DNA of 64,000 nt from Candidatus Moraniibacteriota bacterium (lineage in GTDB: Bacteria > Patescibacteriota > Minisyncoccia > Moranbacterales > UBA1568): positions 74,746 to 138,745 of the forward strand of contig JBPOIB010000001.1 of assembly GCA_052034935.1 (NCBI GenBank), read 5' to 3'. The notes beneath the pieces were generated by a model. That model was not told the DNA's origin. It made no database searches and saw only the letters and a list, made by a program, of their open reading frames with translations. The position numbers and the translations under genes were made by a program. Shown here one piece after another: positions 17,372 through 26,496 of this stretch; the stretch's first letter is position 1, and each line of letters starts with the position of its first letter.

Positions 17372-18664
17372 ATGGAAGACCAAAATTTTTCGTCCCCGAA
17401 AACAGCTGACTCGCTGGTGGTACCGCCCGTGGTGATGAATCGTGAAAAGGAACCGGTTACTCCTCGTCCCCGAACACCCTGGGCGACAGTGCTCCTCGTA
17501 GCCTTTCTTTTTGGGCTTGTGGGCGGATATGTCGCCAAGCTCGATACAGCCTCACCTCTCGCTAAGCTTTTCAAAGCGGCAGATCCTACGGTATCTGACG
17601 AAGAAAAAGAACGTCGACCGGTCGCTATCGAGGACCAATCGGTTGTCGGTGTGGTGGAGAGTGCATCACCGGCAGTAGTGAGTATCGTCATTTCCAAAGA
17701 TGTTCCCAGAATGCGCGGCTTTTCCCGGTCACCGTTCGGTTTTCCGTTCTTCTTCAATCAGGATCAGGGGAACGGTGGCGAGGAATCGACCCGGCAAACA
17801 GTAGGTCACGGATCCGGGTTTTTCGTGAGCGCCGATGGCTACATCGTCACGAATAAGCATGTTGTCTCCGACCAGAATGCCGAGTATACGGTGATCACAA
17901 GTGATGAGAAGGAGTTGCCGGCGACCGTACTCGCCCTCGACCCGGTCAATGACGTTGCAATCATCAAGGTGAACGGAGACAATTTTCCAGCCCTGAATCT
18001 GGGGGATTCGGATCAACTCCGGGTCGGAGAAACGGCGATTGCGATTGGTAATCCGCTCGGCGAATTCGCTAACTCTGTTTCGCGCGGGATTATCTCCGGC
18101 CTGAAGCGGCAGGTAACAGCCGGCGTCTCATTCGGCCAGGAGGAAGTCTTGCGGGACATTATCCAGACCGATGCCGCCATCAATCCAGGAAATTCCGGCG
18201 GACCGCTTTTGGCGCTTTCTGGTGAGGTTGTCGGCATCAATGTCGCTGTCGCTCAGGGCGCGGAAAATATCGGTTTTGCAATTCCGGTGAATCAGATCAA
18301 ACGGGCAGTGAAGGAGGTCCGGGAAACCGGAAAAATCGCGGTGCCGTATATCGGAGTGCGCTACGTACTCTTGAATGAGGAGATCGCACGCGAAGCGGGA
18401 CTCGCGGTCAGTTATGGAGCACTGATCCAGCGCGGAGAGCGACTGACTGATTTCGCAGTTATTCCAGGATCGCCGGCGGACAAAGCGGGGCTCATGGAGA
18501 ACGACATTATTCTCGATATTGACGGAGAAAAAATCGATAGCGATCATCCGTTGGCGAACATTATCAGCACGAAGCGGGTCGGCGATACAGTCAAATTACG
18601 CATTTCTCATAAGGGCGAAGAAAAAGAGGTCGCGGTGAAGCTCGAGGAGCGGAGTCAGCAGTAG
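17372..18664 (+). CDS. htrA: HtrA/DegP-family serine protease with PDZ domain
   Basis: Catalytic motifs TNKHVV, D, GNSGGPL, and a C-terminal PDZ (GSPADKAGLMENDIILDIDGEKI). Confidence 0.85.
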   Translation: MEDQNFSSPKTADSLVVPPVVMNREKEPVTPRPRTPWATVLLVAFLFGLVGGYVAKLDTASPLAKLFKAADPTVSDEEKERRPVAIEDQSVVGVVESASPAVVSIVISKDVPRMRGFSRSPFGFPFFFNQDQGNGGEESTRQTVGHGSGFFVSADGYIVTNKHVVSDQNAEYTVITSDEKELPATVLALDPVNDVAIIKVNGDNFPALNLGDSDQLRVGETAIAIGNPLGEFANSVSRGIISGLKRQVTAGVSFGQEEVLRDIIQTDAAINPGNSGGPLLALSGEVVGINVAVAQGAENIGFAIPVNQIKRAVKEVRETGKIAVPYIGVRYVLLNEEIAREAGLAVSYGALIQRGERLTDFAVIPGSPADKAGLMENDIILDIDGEKIDSDHPLANIISTKRVGDTVKLRISHKGEEKEVAVKLEERSQQ

Positions 18665-18760
18665 CGTACCCGGTACCCCTGAGTGAGGAAGACGGTCCTT
18701 GGCACAACCACTGATTTTCGTTAGGATGCAGTCACTTGTTCTGGTTGTCTCGATTATCAG

Positions 18761-19546
18761 GTGCGGATACGTTTCCGCTCAGCTCTCGCTATGATTTTTC
18801 ACTTCACTGTTTTCCTGTTCTCAGCGCTCTTTTTCGGGATGCTCTCGTTTCTTCTCCGTGACCCAATTATCCCATCCTGGACTTGGTACGGACTGACGAC
18901 GTTTGTTTTCACGACGCTTTCGATGGCCGCTTCCCGCCAGTTGACGGGCAAATGGTATCCGGCCTTCCTTCCGAGTGTCGTCTCATTCAGTGCCCTTCTC
19001 CTCCTGTCGCTCATCGATATCGAGTTCGAGCAGAATGCTTTTGTCTGGGTCGCAACTTTGCTTTTCTACAGCTCTCTTCTCGGCATCTATCGGCTGAAGA
19101 TTATTCCTGAAGATGAAACTGCTCGGGCGCTCCTCAATACCGCTGCACTCGCCAGTCTCTTCTTCACCTATGCGGCCGCGTATGGTCTCTATCTCAATTA
19201 CACGGTTCCGATTTCGCTGCTCATGTTTGTTTTCTTTCTTGCGACCGCTATTGTTGCCTTTCAGACGCTTTTTTGGGCCGGTAGGGATGATGTCCGTTCC
19301 GTGTTCCTCTCGGCCGTTGCACTCGGCACTGTTATCGGAGAACTCATCTGGATTGTCCATTTCTGGCCGTTCGGCTATCTAACGGTCGGTGCAGTCATGC
19401 TCGTCTTCTTCTACGGTCTGTGGCGCTACGCCCTCGATCTTCTCCGTCACACAGCAACACTCCGACGCACCATCTTTGAAAGCGCGATACTCCTGATCCT
19501 CATTGCCATCCTCGTTGCAACATCGCCTTGGCGTATGCGGGCATAA
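18761..19546 (+). CDS. Polytopic membrane protein, unknown function
   Basis: A 261-aa protein with ~8 predicted hydrophobic helices and no recognisable motif. Confidence 0.55.
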   Translation: MRIRFRSALAMIFHFTVFLFSALFFGMLSFLLRDPIIPSWTWYGLTTFVFTTLSMAASRQLTGKWYPAFLPSVVSFSALLLLSLIDIEFEQNAFVWVATLLFYSSLLGIYRLKIIPEDETARALLNTAALASLFFTYAAAYGLYLNYTVPISLLMFVFFLATAIVAFQTLFWAGRDDVRSVFLSAVALGTVIGELIWIVHFWPFGYLTVGAVMLVFFYGLWRYALDLLRHTATLRRTIFESAILLILIAILVATSPWRMRA

Positions 19547-19596
19547 GGAGCATTGCCGAAACGGGGAAAGTATGTTAGAAACCGTCTAGGCTTATT

Positions 19597-20772
19597 ATGG
19601 AAATTTCCGCTGTGATCAAAAAAACTATCCGTACCATCCTCTCGTTGACTATCGCAGCAGTTGTAGCCGGTGTTTCTGGCGCCTTTGCCTATACGGTGCT
19701 GTTTCCTCAGCTCACTGTTTGGCCGTGGACAGAGCGCTTTTCTTGGCCCGCTCCGATCAAAAATACGACCACGGTTATCGAGCGTACCGAACAGATACTT
19801 CTTTCCCCCGAAGAGGGCATAGAGCGGTTTATCACGGCTCCACGCACTGCGGTCGTGAGTGTAGTTGCCTTTCCAGAGGTGCAAAATGCGCGAGCTCTCT
19901 CCTCTTCCGGAGCGGCTAAAAGCGTCATTCCAGGCCTGCTCATCACGAATGACGGGCTGGTTGCCACGTATAGTGCAGAAAAACCGCCGGTTGAAAATCG
20001 CCGGTTCAGTGTGTTTTTTTCGGATGGTCAGAGCTCTGATGCGACATTCATCGGGTTTGATACGGTTAGGAACATCGCTTACTATCGAACGGCGCGTTCC
20101 GATACGCCCTCGATCGCCTTTACGAATTCGGCCGATATCAAGCCGGGCCGGCGCTTCATTGCGATTGCTAGGAATGCGAACGGAGACGGTGAAAAAGTTG
20201 CGGCCGGCGTGATTAGTGAATATGCACGCACGTTCAATCTTTCGGGGAAAACGGTTGCATCAACCGATAAATGGGAAGGCGTTTTCTTTCTTGATCGAGA
20301 GATAGACCCGGCTTTTTCTGGTGGAGCAGTAGTGGCGATGAATGGTGAATTGATTGGCCTTATCGGCATGACAGTGCTTGACGGGGAGGAGCGTGTTTTT
20401 GTGCTTCCGGCGAACGCCCTGCGGCAATCGTTCGAACGTGTGGTGGAACGGCCTGATGACGCCTCTCGACAGGATTTTGGTGCCTACTACCTACCTTTGA
20501 CGCCAGCGACGGCGCGAGTGCTTGGTCTTGTCCGTGATCGCGGCGCCTACATCTATACCCCCTCTGAAAAAAACAGTCTAGCTGTTATTTCTGGCTCGCT
20601 TGCTGAACGGATGGGCGTCCGGTACGGAGACATCATTATCTCCGTAAATGGTACCGAGATTGATCTCGATCGGCCGTTCTCGGTTGCGCTCGATAGCGTT
20701 GCGACCGGCGGTGAAGTGGTGCTTGCGGCTGATCGGGGAGGAAAGAGAATTGAACTTCGCGGAGTGCGCTAG
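19597..20772 (+). CDS. HtrA-like protein with PDZ domain, probably catalytically degenerate
   Basis: An N-terminal TM helix and a trypsin-fold-like region in which the His box reads ITNDGLV and the Ser box reads FSGGAV, instead of TNxHV / GNSGGP. The C-terminal PDZ is intact (GDIIISVNGTEI). Confidence 0.6.
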   Translation: MEISAVIKKTIRTILSLTIAAVVAGVSGAFAYTVLFPQLTVWPWTERFSWPAPIKNTTTVIERTEQILLSPEEGIERFITAPRTAVVSVVAFPEVQNARALSSSGAAKSVIPGLLITNDGLVATYSAEKPPVENRRFSVFFSDGQSSDATFIGFDTVRNIAYYRTARSDTPSIAFTNSADIKPGRRFIAIARNANGDGEKVAAGVISEYARTFNLSGKTVASTDKWEGVFFLDREIDPAFSGGAVVAMNGELIGLIGMTVLDGEERVFVLPANALRQSFERVVERPDDASRQDFGAYYLPLTPATARVLGLVRDRGAYIYTPSEKNSLAVISGSLAERMGVRYGDIIISVNGTEIDLDRPFSVALDSVATGGEVVLAADRGGKRIELRGVR

Positions 20773-20876
20773 TTGTAGTTATGTGGCAAAGAGTTATAAA
20801 AGGCTTGAAGAGGCCTTTTTTTCTTTGACACTGGTCGAGAGAGTCCGTACAATGAAGGAAATTACTGCCCTGTCAT

Positions 20877-22133
20877 ATGCGACAATCATCACTTTTTACG
20901 AAGACTTTGAAGACTGCGCCGGCCGACGAAGTGAGTCGCAATGCGTCGCTGCTCATCCGCGCCGGCTATGTCCATAAGGAGATGGCAGGCGTCTATAGCT
21001 ACTTGACGCTGGGACTCCGGACGCTCGAGAAAATCATCTGTATCATCCGGGAAGAGATGAATGTGGCTGGTGGCAATGAGATTCTCATGCCGGCGCTCCA
21101 GGACAAGCAACTCTGGCAGAAAACGGACCGCTGGGACGACACCAAGGTTGATAACTGGTTCAAGACCGAGTTCAAGTCCGGTGGCGAAACTGGCCTCGGC
21201 ATCACGCATGAAGAGCCGGTGACGAATATGATGCGCGGCCATATCGCTTCGTATCGTGACTTGCCGAAGTCCGTCTACCAATTTCAAACGAAGTTTCGAA
21301 ATGAGCTCCGAGCCAAGAGCGGTATCATGCGCGGAAAAGAGTTTCTCATGAAAGATCTCTACACCTTTGATCGCAGTGATGAAGAGCATCAGAAATCGTA
21401 TGTCCGGGTGCGCGAGGCCTATTTCCGAGTCTTCGATCGGCTTGGAATCGGTGAACGAACACATGTGACGTTCGCTTCGGGTGGAATTTTCAGCCGGTTT
21501 TCCGAAGAGTTCCAGACGGTTTCTGATGCGGGCGAAGATGTCATCTATGTCCACGAACAGAAAGGCATCGCGCTCAACAAGGAAGTCATGACCGATGACG
21601 TACTCACCGAGCTTGCTGTCGAACGCAAGGATCTGGTGGAGCGAAAATCGATTGAGGTGGGGAATATTTTCCATCTTGGAACGAAGTTTTCCGAACCGCT
21701 CGGTCTGACGTATAAAGACGAGTCGGGTGAATCACATCCAGTGGTGATGGGCTGCTACGGTATCGGCCCAACTCGGCTCCTTGGTACTATCGTCGAAGTA
21801 CTGGCGGACGAAAAAGGCTTGGTCTGGCCGAAATCAATTGCGCCATTCCAAGTCCACCTGCTCTCGCTCGGGGCAGACGAAAAGGCAGCTGAGATTTATA
21901 CCCTCTTAACGAAGGCGGGGATTGAAGTTTTGTATGACGATCGGGATATGCGTGCCGGCGAGAAATTCGCCGAATCGGATTTGCTTGGGATTCCATACCG
22001 CGTTGTTGTTGGTAGGCGTTCGGTCGAGAGCGGCGAAGCAGAAGTGAAATTGCGGACCGGGGAGCGGACAGATACTATCGCGTTTGAAAAGCTTATTGAT
22101 TATTTCCATACCGCGTATGTCAAAGGCGAATAG
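20877..22133 (+). CDS. proS: Prolyl-tRNA synthetase, short bacterial-type form lacking the INS editing domain
   Basis: Class II motifs (FRNELRAKSGIMRGKEF, GCYGIGPTRL) with a C-terminal anticodon-binding domain. At 418 aa it is much shorter than ~570-aa bacterial ProRS. Confidence 0.85.
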   Translation: MRQSSLFTKTLKTAPADEVSRNASLLIRAGYVHKEMAGVYSYLTLGLRTLEKIICIIREEMNVAGGNEILMPALQDKQLWQKTDRWDDTKVDNWFKTEFKSGGETGLGITHEEPVTNMMRGHIASYRDLPKSVYQFQTKFRNELRAKSGIMRGKEFLMKDLYTFDRSDEEHQKSYVRVREAYFRVFDRLGIGERTHVTFASGGIFSRFSEEFQTVSDAGEDVIYVHEQKGIALNKEVMTDDVLTELAVERKDLVERKSIEVGNIFHLGTKFSEPLGLTYKDESGESHPVVMGCYGIGPTRLLGTIVEVLADEKGLVWPKSIAPFQVHLLSLGADEKAAEIYTLLTKAGIEVLYDDRDMRAGEKFAESDLLGIPYRVVVGRRSVESGEAEVKLRTGERTDTIAFEKLIDYFHTAYVKGE

Positions 22134-22839
22134 TGTTGCAGTGAAGAAGGGTGAGCGGATTATTATCTCGCTCGGCGGCTCGCTTTTAGTTCCGGAGTCG
22201 ATTGACGACGTGTTTGTCGCGAATTTCAAGAAGTTCATCATTGCGCACATCAAGAAGGGGTATCGTTTTATTCTAGTGACGGGTGGCGGACGGACGGCGC
22301 GCAAGTATATTGAATCGGCCGCGACAGTGACGAAGATCAATGATGAGGATCGTGACTGGCTAGGCATTCACGCGACCCGCATGAATGCACATCTTGTTCG
22401 GACGATTTTCCGCGAATATGCCCATCCGCGGATTAACACGAATCCACATGATTTGGAGGATTTTTACTCAGCACCGGAGCCGATTCTGGTCGCCGCTGGC
22501 TGGCGTCCGGGGTTTTCGACGGACTTTGATGCGGTTGTACTCGGGAAATACCTCGGAGTGAAGCGTATCGTGAACCTCTCCAATATCGAGCGTGTCTATG
22601 ACAAGGATCCTCGCCATAATAGCGACGCGAAGCCGTTCGATCGGTTGACGTGGAAGGAATTCCGAAAAATCGTCGGCAAGAAATGGAATCCGGGCATGAA
22701 TGTCCCATTCGATCCGATTGCTTCAGCGATGGCTGACGAAGAAGGGATGGAGGTCGCAATCATGAACGGTGGCGACCTTGGCAATGTGACGGGGTATATT
22801 GCTGGAAAAAAATTCGTCGGTACACTTATCCGGAACTAG
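22117..22839 (+). CDS. pyrH: UMP kinase
   Basis: An amino-acid-kinase fold with IISLGGSLL, ILVTGGGRTARKY. The start is chosen at MSKAN and overlaps the proS end by 17 nt. The alternative is a later GTG. Confidence 0.75.
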   Translation: MSKANSVAVKKGERIIISLGGSLLVPESIDDVFVANFKKFIIAHIKKGYRFILVTGGGRTARKYIESAATVTKINDEDRDWLGIHATRMNAHLVRTIFREYAHPRINTNPHDLEDFYSAPEPILVAAGWRPGFSTDFDAVVLGKYLGVKRIVNLSNIERVYDKDPRHNSDAKPFDRLTWKEFRKIVGKKWNPGMNVPFDPIASAMADEEGMEVAIMNGGDLGNVTGYIAGKKFVGTLIRN

Positions 22840-22840
22840 T

Positions 22841-23800
22841 ATGGGTGTCGAGAAAGTCCTTACCGCCCTGCCGCATGGATTCTGCGCTGGTGTCGCGCGG
22901 GCGGTGAAGGCAGTCGAAGATACGATTGAGTTTTTCGGCGCTCCCGTCTATGTCAAACACGAAATCGTCCATAACGTTCATGTTGTAGAAACGCTTGCTA
23001 AGAAAGGCGCGATAACGGTCGAAACATTGAGCGAAGTTCCAGAGGGGGCGGTGGTAGTCTTCTCCGCCCATGGATCACCACGCGTTCACTATGATGAGGC
23101 GAAGGAACGAGGCATCCATCTCATCGACGCGACCTGTCCCCTCGTGACGAAAGTCCATCTCGAAGTAGTCCGTTTTATCAAGGAAGGGTATTCCGTCATT
23201 TATATCGGGCATAAAGGGCATATTGAGGGAGTCGGAGTGCTCGGCGAAGCACCCGGGACGTTGATTCCGATAGTTGAGTCCGTTGGTGATGTCATGGCGC
23301 TTGATTTGCCAGTGGCTGAAAAAATGGTCTATCTTACTCAGACGACTCTTTCGGTCGACGAAACAAGGGAGGTTATTGCCGCATTGAAGCAGAAGTACCC
23401 TGGTATTAGTGCTCCTCCGCTGGAGGATATCTGTTATGCGACTACCAATCGCCAAGAAGCGGTGAAAGCGCTCGCGAGGGTGACGCCGGTCGTCATTGTG
23501 GTCGGTTCGAAAGCTTCCTCGAATTCGAATCGACTGCGCGAGACAGCTGAGCAGTCGGGTGCGCGTGCTTATCTCGTTGATGATGCGTCTGAAATACAGC
23601 CAGAGTGGCTTAGAGGGGTCTCGGTAGTCGGCGTGACCGGCGGAGCGAGCGCTCCCGAAGATCGGATTCAAGGTGTCATCCAGTACTTTGTTGAACGAGG
23701 TGCCGTAGCGGAACTCTTTTCGGTCAAGGAGGAAAAGATGTTTTTTGCTGAGCCGGTAGAACTCATGCGTATCCGACGCGAGCGGTCATCTCACGTATGA
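22841..23800 (+). CDS. ispH: 4-hydroxy-3-methylbut-2-enyl diphosphate reductase
   Basis: PHGFCAGVARAV, SAHGSP, ATCPLVTKVH, and HKGHIEG match conserved IspH/LytB residues including the three Cys ligands. Confidence 0.85.
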   Translation: MGVEKVLTALPHGFCAGVARAVKAVEDTIEFFGAPVYVKHEIVHNVHVVETLAKKGAITVETLSEVPEGAVVVFSAHGSPRVHYDEAKERGIHLIDATCPLVTKVHLEVVRFIKEGYSVIYIGHKGHIEGVGVLGEAPGTLIPIVESVGDVMALDLPVAEKMVYLTQTTLSVDETREVIAALKQKYPGISAPPLEDICYATTNRQEAVKALARVTPVVIVVGSKASSNSNRLRETAEQSGARAYLVDDASEIQPEWLRGVSVVGVTGGASAPEDRIQGVIQYFVERGAVAELFSVKEEKMFFAEPVELMRIRRERSSHV

Positions 23801-24915
23801 AACTCGCTCTCCAAGTGAGTGATCTCGACCATGCTCGCATCGACGGGACACGCGTCTATGTCCGCGAACTTTTGAAACGCTTTGGGCCTCTTTCGCCGGG
23901 AACGGAGTTTTTCCTCTATCATCAGACCAGGTTTAATCCGGCTCTTGCTCCTCCAACGACCGTGAATTATACCGAACGCGTGGTTCCGTTTCCTCTCGCC
24001 TGGATGCAGACGAGGTTTGCTTGGGAAATGTGGCGAACCCTTCCGGAAAAACTCTTTTTGCCGATTCAGGCCGCGCCGTTCATACTTCCTGCCTCGATCG
24101 ATGTCACCATAACCATCCATGATCTCGCTTTCAAGCATTTTCCGGAAACGTTTCCGAAAAAACATCTGTGGAAACTGAACTTCATGCTCGATACGGCTGT
24201 TCGTCAGGCAAATCGGCTCATCGCGGTCTCGGAATCGACGAAGCGGGATCTCCTCGAGTTTTTTCCAACGCTCGATGAGAAAAAAATTCGAGTCATCCAC
24301 CATGGTCTCGATGCCAATTTTTTCGCCCAGGAACTGTCCAAGAGCGAGCTTTCAGAAACACTCCGCCCCTGGGGTCTCCAGCCGAAATCATACGTTCTCT
24401 ATGTCGGGGCGCTCCAGCCAAGAAAGAATTTAGCTCGTTTGATGCAGGCGTTTGAACAGGTAAAAGCGACGTATCCTGAAATGAAGCTCGTGCTCGCTGG
24501 CGAACCGGCCTGGTTGGCAGATAGTATTCTCACGGTCAGAGAAAAGAGCCCGTATCGAACGGATATCGTTCTGACAGGGAGGGTTGACTCCAACAGACTT
24601 CGCGCGCTGTACCGGGGCGCCCGGGTCTTTGCTTTCCCCTCGCTTTATGAAGGCTTCGGTTTGCCGCTCCTTGAAGCGTTTGCCTCTGGCGTGCCGGTGC
24701 TGACAACTGACAATTCGAGTTTGCGCGAAGTAGCGGGTGAAGGAGCGCTTTATGCGGAAGCTACGGATAGTACCGATATAGCTGAAAAACTTGGCCGACT
24801 TTGGTCAGATGATACGCTCCGGAAGATACTTCAGGAAAAAGGAAACCAGGAGCTTCAACGTTTCTCATGGGATAAGACTGCCCGCGAGACTCTCGATTAC
24901 ATTCTGAATTCCTGA
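23797..24915 (+). CDS. Glycosyltransferase family 1 (GT4-type)
   Basis: The C-terminal Glycos_transf_1 core (YVGALQPRKN…FAFPSLYEGFGLPLLEAFASGVPVLTTDNSSLREVAG). The start overlaps the ispH stop (ATGA). Confidence 0.8.
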   Translation: MKLALQVSDLDHARIDGTRVYVRELLKRFGPLSPGTEFFLYHQTRFNPALAPPTTVNYTERVVPFPLAWMQTRFAWEMWRTLPEKLFLPIQAAPFILPASIDVTITIHDLAFKHFPETFPKKHLWKLNFMLDTAVRQANRLIAVSESTKRDLLEFFPTLDEKKIRVIHHGLDANFFAQELSKSELSETLRPWGLQPKSYVLYVGALQPRKNLARLMQAFEQVKATYPEMKLVLAGEPAWLADSILTVREKSPYRTDIVLTGRVDSNRLRALYRGARVFAFPSLYEGFGLPLLEAFASGVPVLTTDNSSLREVAGEGALYAEATDSTDIAEKLGRLWSDDTLRKILQEKGNQELQRFSWDKTARETLDYILNS

Positions 24916-25323
24916 TTATTTCACCTCGGAATTTCTGAGAAAAAGCCAGGCGATGATGAGATACCCTCCAGTGGAGAGCGGAATACTCCACCAGGGAAAA
25001 CGATAATGAGCGATTATTATCGTACCGACGACGAAAAGACCAGTCATCCAGATAAGACGAGTGGGTGCTGTCTTCTCTGAATCAGTCTCCGGTAAACTTC
25101 TCCGTAAGCGAGCGAGCAGCGCCGTGAGGGTGATGAGGAAGACGCTAAATTTGACGAGCGAAAGGCGTGCGGTGACGAAGGTCGGGAGGAGCACTTCAAG
25201 GGCGTAGAGTCCGGCAAAGATGATCCAGCCGAGGAGGACGGCATCGAAAAGAAGGTTGGCAAAAATAGCAAGGCTACCGTTTTTTTTCGTGCGTTCGAGG
25301 AGTCCGTCCAGTGGAGATGTCAT
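24916..25323 (-). CDS. Small 4-TM membrane protein (possibly GtrA-like)
   Basis: A 135-aa protein with four hydrophobic segments, adjacent to glycosyltransferases. The family assignment is weak. Confidence 0.4.
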   Translation of the reverse strand: MTSPLDGLLERTKKNGSLAIFANLLFDAVLLGWIIFAGLYALEVLLPTFVTARLSLVKFSVFLITLTALLARLRRSLPETDSEKTAPTRLIWMTGLFVVGTIIIAHYRFPWWSIPLSTGGYLIIAWLFLRNSEVK

Positions 25324-25333
25324 AAGATAGCTG

Positions 25334-26488
25334 TTATTTCAGTCCGAATCGAGTAAGTAGCCGGTCCTTTACCTTCGCGAGGAGTATTGCTCCATTTTCG
25401 GCATCGAGGCGTGTGTCGAATGCGAGTGTAAGCGTCGAGATATCGATGGCGACATCATTTCCCGAGAGGGTTACTTCATAGTCTGATCCAACCGAACCAG
25501 CGAGGGATTTGAGGTCGATGGTGCAATCGAGGGTGCGTGGGAGGAGACCGGCCTTGGCTGAGCAGGCCGCCTCGAGAGAGGTATCGGGCGCAGTAGTGAC
25601 GATCGGATGAGTTTTTGAGAGGAGGAAATCAAGGTAGTCGCCGGAGTTTAGGGGGCGGCGAAAACCGGATTCGATGAGGAAATACTCGCCAGTGTCTTGG
25701 TTTTGGAAAAGCGTTCCGTCGGGATGCGGCGCTCCCATGAGAAAAATCCGGCCGCGCTTATAGATGCCGAGATCCTCCTCGTTTCCTGGAATGACGTCTT
25801 CAAAGCGGTAACCGAGCGCGAGAAATATTTCGGCGCTCCCGATCGGCCGCATATCACGCTCGCTTGTGATAAGAAAGATGCCGTCGGCGAACGAGACGAG
25901 ACTGCCGACACGGAAGCCGATGAATTCATTGGACACAGGGTGCTGCGCGCGCCATTCAGGACTTTCGATCCGGGCGGCGGCCATCGGGAAACGCGAAAGG
26001 AAGGCGGTTTCGCTGACGAACGGATAGAGCTGATCCCCCGAAAGCTGGTAGTAGGTGTCTTCAATACGGAAGAGTGAGGTCATGTCAGGGCGTTCGACGG
26101 GCGCGCCAAGTGGAAAGAGATAGGCTCGGTAGTTTTTTCGAATGACCACGTCGATAGAGGTAGGGGTCGCGGATCGCTTCTCAAGGTCAATGCCGACCGA
26201 AAGGACAGAGAAATCACCGAGTGGGCTCGTATTCGCGACCAGCTTTTCTGAGGGATTGATTTTTCCGTTCGTCTTGACTGAATCGTCGGTTCCGCGCGGA
26301 TCAAAGATCTGATTCTTGCTTGATTTCGGGTTCCGGAAATCGAAACCGGTCGTGATCGTCGGAAAAAGAAAGCTGTAAGCGAGCGCTCCACCAGAAAGAA
26401 ACAGAACAATAAAGAGCATAATGCGGAGCCGGACGTAGAGGGGCTGTAGTGCGTCGGGAATTGGCGTAAAGGGCGGGTGCATGATCAT
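25334..26488 (-). CDS. Membrane-anchored hypothetical protein
   Basis: A 384-aa protein with one N-terminal TM helix, no recognisable motif, and co-orientation with the GT-C gene. Confidence 0.5.
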   Translation of the reverse strand: MIMHPPFTPIPDALQPLYVRLRIMLFIVLFLSGGALAYSFLFPTITTGFDFRNPKSSKNQIFDPRGTDDSVKTNGKINPSEKLVANTSPLGDFSVLSVGIDLEKRSATPTSIDVVIRKNYRAYLFPLGAPVERPDMTSLFRIEDTYYQLSGDQLYPFVSETAFLSRFPMAAARIESPEWRAQHPVSNEFIGFRVGSLVSFADGIFLITSERDMRPIGSAEIFLALGYRFEDVIPGNEEDLGIYKRGRIFLMGAPHPDGTLFQNQDTGEYFLIESGFRRPLNSGDYLDFLLSKTHPIVTTAPDTSLEAACSAKAGLLPRTLDCTIDLKSLAGSVGSDYEVTLSGNDVAIDISTLTLAFDTRLDAENGAILLAKVKDRLLTRFGLK

Positions 26489-26496
26489 GGATGGTC

